64,000 nucleotides of DNA. Origin: Carcharhinus amblyrhynchos. Its lineage: Eukaryota. Every line of letters starts with the position of its first letter. Positions within the stretch are counted from its first letter, which is position 1. The notes under the pieces are model-generated. The model saw only the letters and a program-made list of their open reading frames with translations. It did not search any database and was not told where the DNA came from. Made by a program: the position numbers and the translations under genes. Location: contig CBDIYR020000003.1 in assembly GCA_965287045.1 (NCBI GenBank), positions 8,680,001-8,744,000 of the forward strand. Reading direction: 5' to 3'. This document shows, one piece after another, positions 60,279-64,000 of this stretch.

Positions 60279-60775
60279 ATGCTTCTGAGCTTCACTTTGA
60301 TGACCATTTTCCTGGATTTCTTACTATTCCCTCAGTGTAAGTGTGGTCACTATTTCTGACAGGAATGTTTCACATCTCAGCAATGTTAGGTTCTGTTAAA
60401 TTGTACTCAGCTTTATTGTATTATCTCGAATTGTGAATACGATTGTACTTTATTGTGCTGCATTATAGTACGTTGTGTTATTACTGCTAATGTACAATTG
60501 CAGATGCCGCTGGCAGTGAAGAGCTATCACAGTCTCCGGAGTCAGTGGTTGTTACCGAGGGAGCCACTGCATCGTTGAACTGTTCAACCACAGTAGCTGT
60601 ACTGACCCTGCAATGGTACAGACAAAATCCAGACAGAACCCTGCAGCACCTGGTGAGTGGTACTAGCGAGCAGGGCAGGATCACGGCTCAATACAATTCC
60701 GCAGAGAAACACAGCGTTCTGAATGTTAGTGAAACTCGACTGACAGACACTGCCACCTATTTCTGTGCGATGAGG
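60279..60775 (+). CDS. TRAV/TRDV: TCR alpha/delta V segment (V19): leader 60279-60336, V exon 60504-60775
   Basis: MLLSFTLMTIFLDFLLFPQ|gtaagt; EELSQSPESVVVTEG..SLNCSTTVAVLTLQWYRQNP..DTATYFCAMR. Confidence 0.91.
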
Positions 60776-60814
60776 CACAGTACAGCAAAGACCGTACAGG
60801 GCCGTACAAAAACC
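60776..60814 (+). other. 23-RSS of V19
   Basis: CACAGTA - 23 - ACAAAAACC. Confidence 0.9.
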
Positions 60815-63800
60815 TGTCGCGATCACCCGCAAAGTGTATAGCCTGTGTCGGGAGCTGGGACTTTAATCACTCTCTCCCTTGGATACGCACCATAATCACC
60901 CGATCAATGAGACCTCTGCCTGATTTGGAGTTTCATATCAAATCATTCATATCATATCTCTTTCATATCAAAAGAGAAGGGACAAAATACATTTAAATTC
61001 GACTGTTTTCCGTGGAAATGTCATCTGGGGAGCACGTGTTCCATGGTGCTTCCAGATTGAAATCATCATGCTATTCGGCGAATCAATATTCGAAGGATTT
61101 TTGTCTATTTCCTGTGATAAATCCCATTCCAGTCTATGATACATTCTACCTTTGGCTGCAGGGCGAAGTGACGCACACTGAGTCTCCCAGAATCTATCGG
61201 CGGTGAAGGCTCTGGAAGGACAGTCAGTGATTTTAGGGGACAGCCACTCCATATCTGAAAGCTTGCTGTACCTATCTATACACAGCATTATTCCGGGTAA
61301 GTTACGGGAACTTTAATGAAGAGATGGAGGCCCAGACATTGAAATATCTCCCAAGATCTCTCAGACCGGTTCGCTGTTAATTTCAATGAACAAAGACCGC
61401 GATGTAACTGATAAATAAACGAACATTTATCCTACTTTCACAGAACAGCGGACAGCGATAGATAAATATTATTTATTGCATTGATATTTGTTACCATCTG
61501 GAGTAGAGCATCGCAAACTATAAGGGAAGAACACTCAATAGTAAATTTCAAAAAGGCATTGCCAGGCCTTCAGAACGGAAAACAACACGAGGAATGCGGG
61601 GTGAAAAGAGCAAATGGGAAAGATCTTTCATGGAGCCACAGGGAGGGGAAATTGTTTCTGATCCGTTCGCACCCTTCAGTCACTATTTCTTTCTCAGTCA
61701 CTTGAGCAGTAAGCAGATACAGGATAGTCACAGACTGCTGCAGGTTCAGCTGTCGCTGTTTCCTCTCCATCACCTGCGACTACCGCTGAGAACTCCGCAC
61801 TTCCATCAGCTTTGAGTCTGCGGTGACCCCGGCCACAGTTTCCTTTTGCTGCTCTCACTGTAACACCATTGTGTGTTTGTAGACATAGCTGCCGCTATCC
61901 GATTTCTGTCATTGGTTAGATCAGAAGTTCAGTGTTTAAGTCTGTTTATTAGTGTAGCAAGTAGGCCTATATTAACACTGCAATGAAGTTACTAAGAAAA
62001 TCCCCTAGTCGCCACATTCCGGCGCCTGTTCGGGTTCACTGAGGGAGAGTTTAGCATGGCTGATCAGCGACTGATTCAGGAGGTGGTGCGTGGTCCTGTC
62101 GGATTATTGCAGCCTTTTTAAATGAGGTGAATCTGTGTTGAAATTAATATTGAGCATTCCAAGTATTCATAACCACAGCAGACTTTGACACATTCAATGT
62201 TTCGTTCAGGAATTGCTGGCGCAGACGGAGTGGCCTTCGGCCCATCTCAATTAACGGCCCTGGAAGAACATAAAACAGTATTTTTTTCGCTGCATAATCT
62301 CTACATCTGAGATGAATGGCAACGTTATCAGATGACACCCAATCGGCTTCAAGCTCCTTCGTTCTTCAAGTCAATCAATGATCTCGCAGCTCCTTTATCT
62401 CCAATGAATCCTCCTGGCGGAGGGCGAAAGGAACAAAGTGAATTTGTTCATCTCACTGCAGCGAATTGGAATGCAATCAAACTGAACGATGACCCCGTAA
62501 AATTGAATGATTTCCCTGTAAAATTGGGTAGAGAAGTGAAACTACATTTCGTTTTCCAGTACTTCTTCTGGGGGCTCTAATTTTAAAAAGCTCCTCTATA
62601 ACGGTGAGAATTCCCTGCAGTCGCTGAGGGCTGCCATTGGATCCTGCGGGATTTGAAGAGACCAGTGTGGGAAGTAGATAAACAACACATTGCAAGTGAA
62701 CTAAATGGTGGGGGAAAGCGGAATATCTGTTTGATGGATTTGAGCAGAATGGGAATGTGTTCAGCCCACGGACTGAGTCATCATGAGGTGATTTGATAAT
62801 TAGAAATATTTATTGGCTATTTATGATATAAAAAGCAATGTTCAGAGTAGCGTAATAATTAACCAGCAGAACCACAGGCTTCCTCTGGAAATTGATGTCC
62901 GCAATTACATCTATTTGTTTTTTTAAAAAACGGGGTAAGCGTTCTTTCACAGCACCTTCCGATCCCAAAGTCTCTAATATCTGGAAGGACAGGGCAGCAG
63001 ACACATTGCGATATCATCATCTGCAAGTTCATCTCCAGGTCACACAACATCCTGACTTGGAAATATATCACCTTTCGATTCGCTTGCTGCGAAAATCATG
63101 CAACTCACTTTGCGAATAATATCTTTACGATTTTGTACAGTGGACAGAAGATTACAAATGTGAGGAAGGAGAAATGCAAGAAAGTGAGAAATAAAGATTT
63201 CAAAATGCAAAATAAAAAAGATACGAACAAATTGTAATTAGGTTCATAAATAAAGGGAAATGCATTTTCTCCCAACTGACTCGTATTTCCATTCGTCTAC
63301 TTGCAGTGCTGAATAGTTTGAAACACAACTTTCAGAAGAAGACCCTGGAAATTCCCCATTGATGATCTTGGACTTTATTGGCGATCGGGACAGTGTATAG
63401 TTCCCTTACTCACCGTCAGAGGGCGCTGTCGTCACATGTTTCTCGCAGCTCCCAAGTGGATATTATTGAAACAACCTTGTGGAGCCATTGCCAGTGGCAG
63501 CGATACCCGCAGTCTCATTTCACTGCTCAGCCTCTGATGTGCCTTACCTGTCCTACATTATTTGAGAGGTTGCCGCCGATGTTCACTATTCGGAATTGAT
63601 TACATCAGCAATATGCTGGGCCGGGGATCTGTAGTCCGGCTTCAGCAGAAGGTTCCCGAATCTGCGGAGTTACAGATTGATAGAGAATGAAGGGGAACTA
63701 CAGTTCACTGCTGTTCATCCTTAGACCATTATTAGTCCGCATCCTTAACCAGTTATAAATATCTGTTGTCCTCCTGAGTGATGTAACTCAAATATTACTG

Positions 63801-64000
63801 TTGCGAACTAATAATGACTTATTTGTTATTCTTCATTTGGACATTGGTGGCAAGATTGGTATTTGATCTCTATCGTTAATTGGCTTTGATCTGAGTGGCA
63901 TGTTAGGTCATTGTGGAGGGAAGCTAAGAGTCAACGTGCTTTCTGTGGATCTGGGGTCACATGTACATCACTGACTTGATGTGACAGTTCCTGTTTATGG

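Noticed and set aside
61690-61773. Possible orphan leader on the - strand (..SVTILYLLTAQ|gtgact)
   Set aside because: Wrong phase, weak donor and no downstream V exon
1-64000. D, J or constant-region segments; NAR-TCR cassette or IgH-like V segments
   Set aside because: I found no 12-spacer RSS with an FGxG/WGxG motif, no C-domain exon, no YYCAR-type VH, and no leaderless V with a CDR1 cysteine. This was by eye, so a short D could be missed.
1-64000. Prokaryotic systems (CRISPR array, operons, defence islands)
   Set aside because: The sequence has spliceosomal introns, RSS and vertebrate retroelements; repeated units are segmental duplications, not repeat-spacer arrays

Overview
Eukaryotic, vertebrate DNA from inside a T-cell receptor alpha/delta variable-segment (TRAV/TRDV) array. 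The repeat content (HE1/V-SINE-type SINEs, CR1 LINE 3' ends, Penelope-type terminal repeats, DeuSINE relics) indicates a cartilaginous fish, most likely a shark. I can read 14 apparently intact V segments, 7 on each strand. Each has a leader, a V exon with Cys...Trp...Tyr-x-Cys, and a 3' recombination signal with a ~23-nt spacer. There are also 4 full-length V pseudogenes and 4 V fragments. I found no D, J or C segments. The array was built by direct and inverted segmental duplications, and it is interleaved with tRNA genes and pseudogenes (Glu, Asn, Lys, probably Leu). Most notable: tRNA genes co-duplicated with V cassettes; sense-orientation Penelope hammerhead-ribozyme motifs inserted independently at the start of the leader intron of two paralogous V genes; a single-exon leader-V gene; a V family with 24-nt-spacer RSS and an adjacent CTCF motif; and patchwork identity between inverted arms, suggesting gene conversion. 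Most short ORFs in the supplied track are spurious or repeat-derived. All coordinates were counted by eye, repeat boundaries are approximate, and no database search was run.
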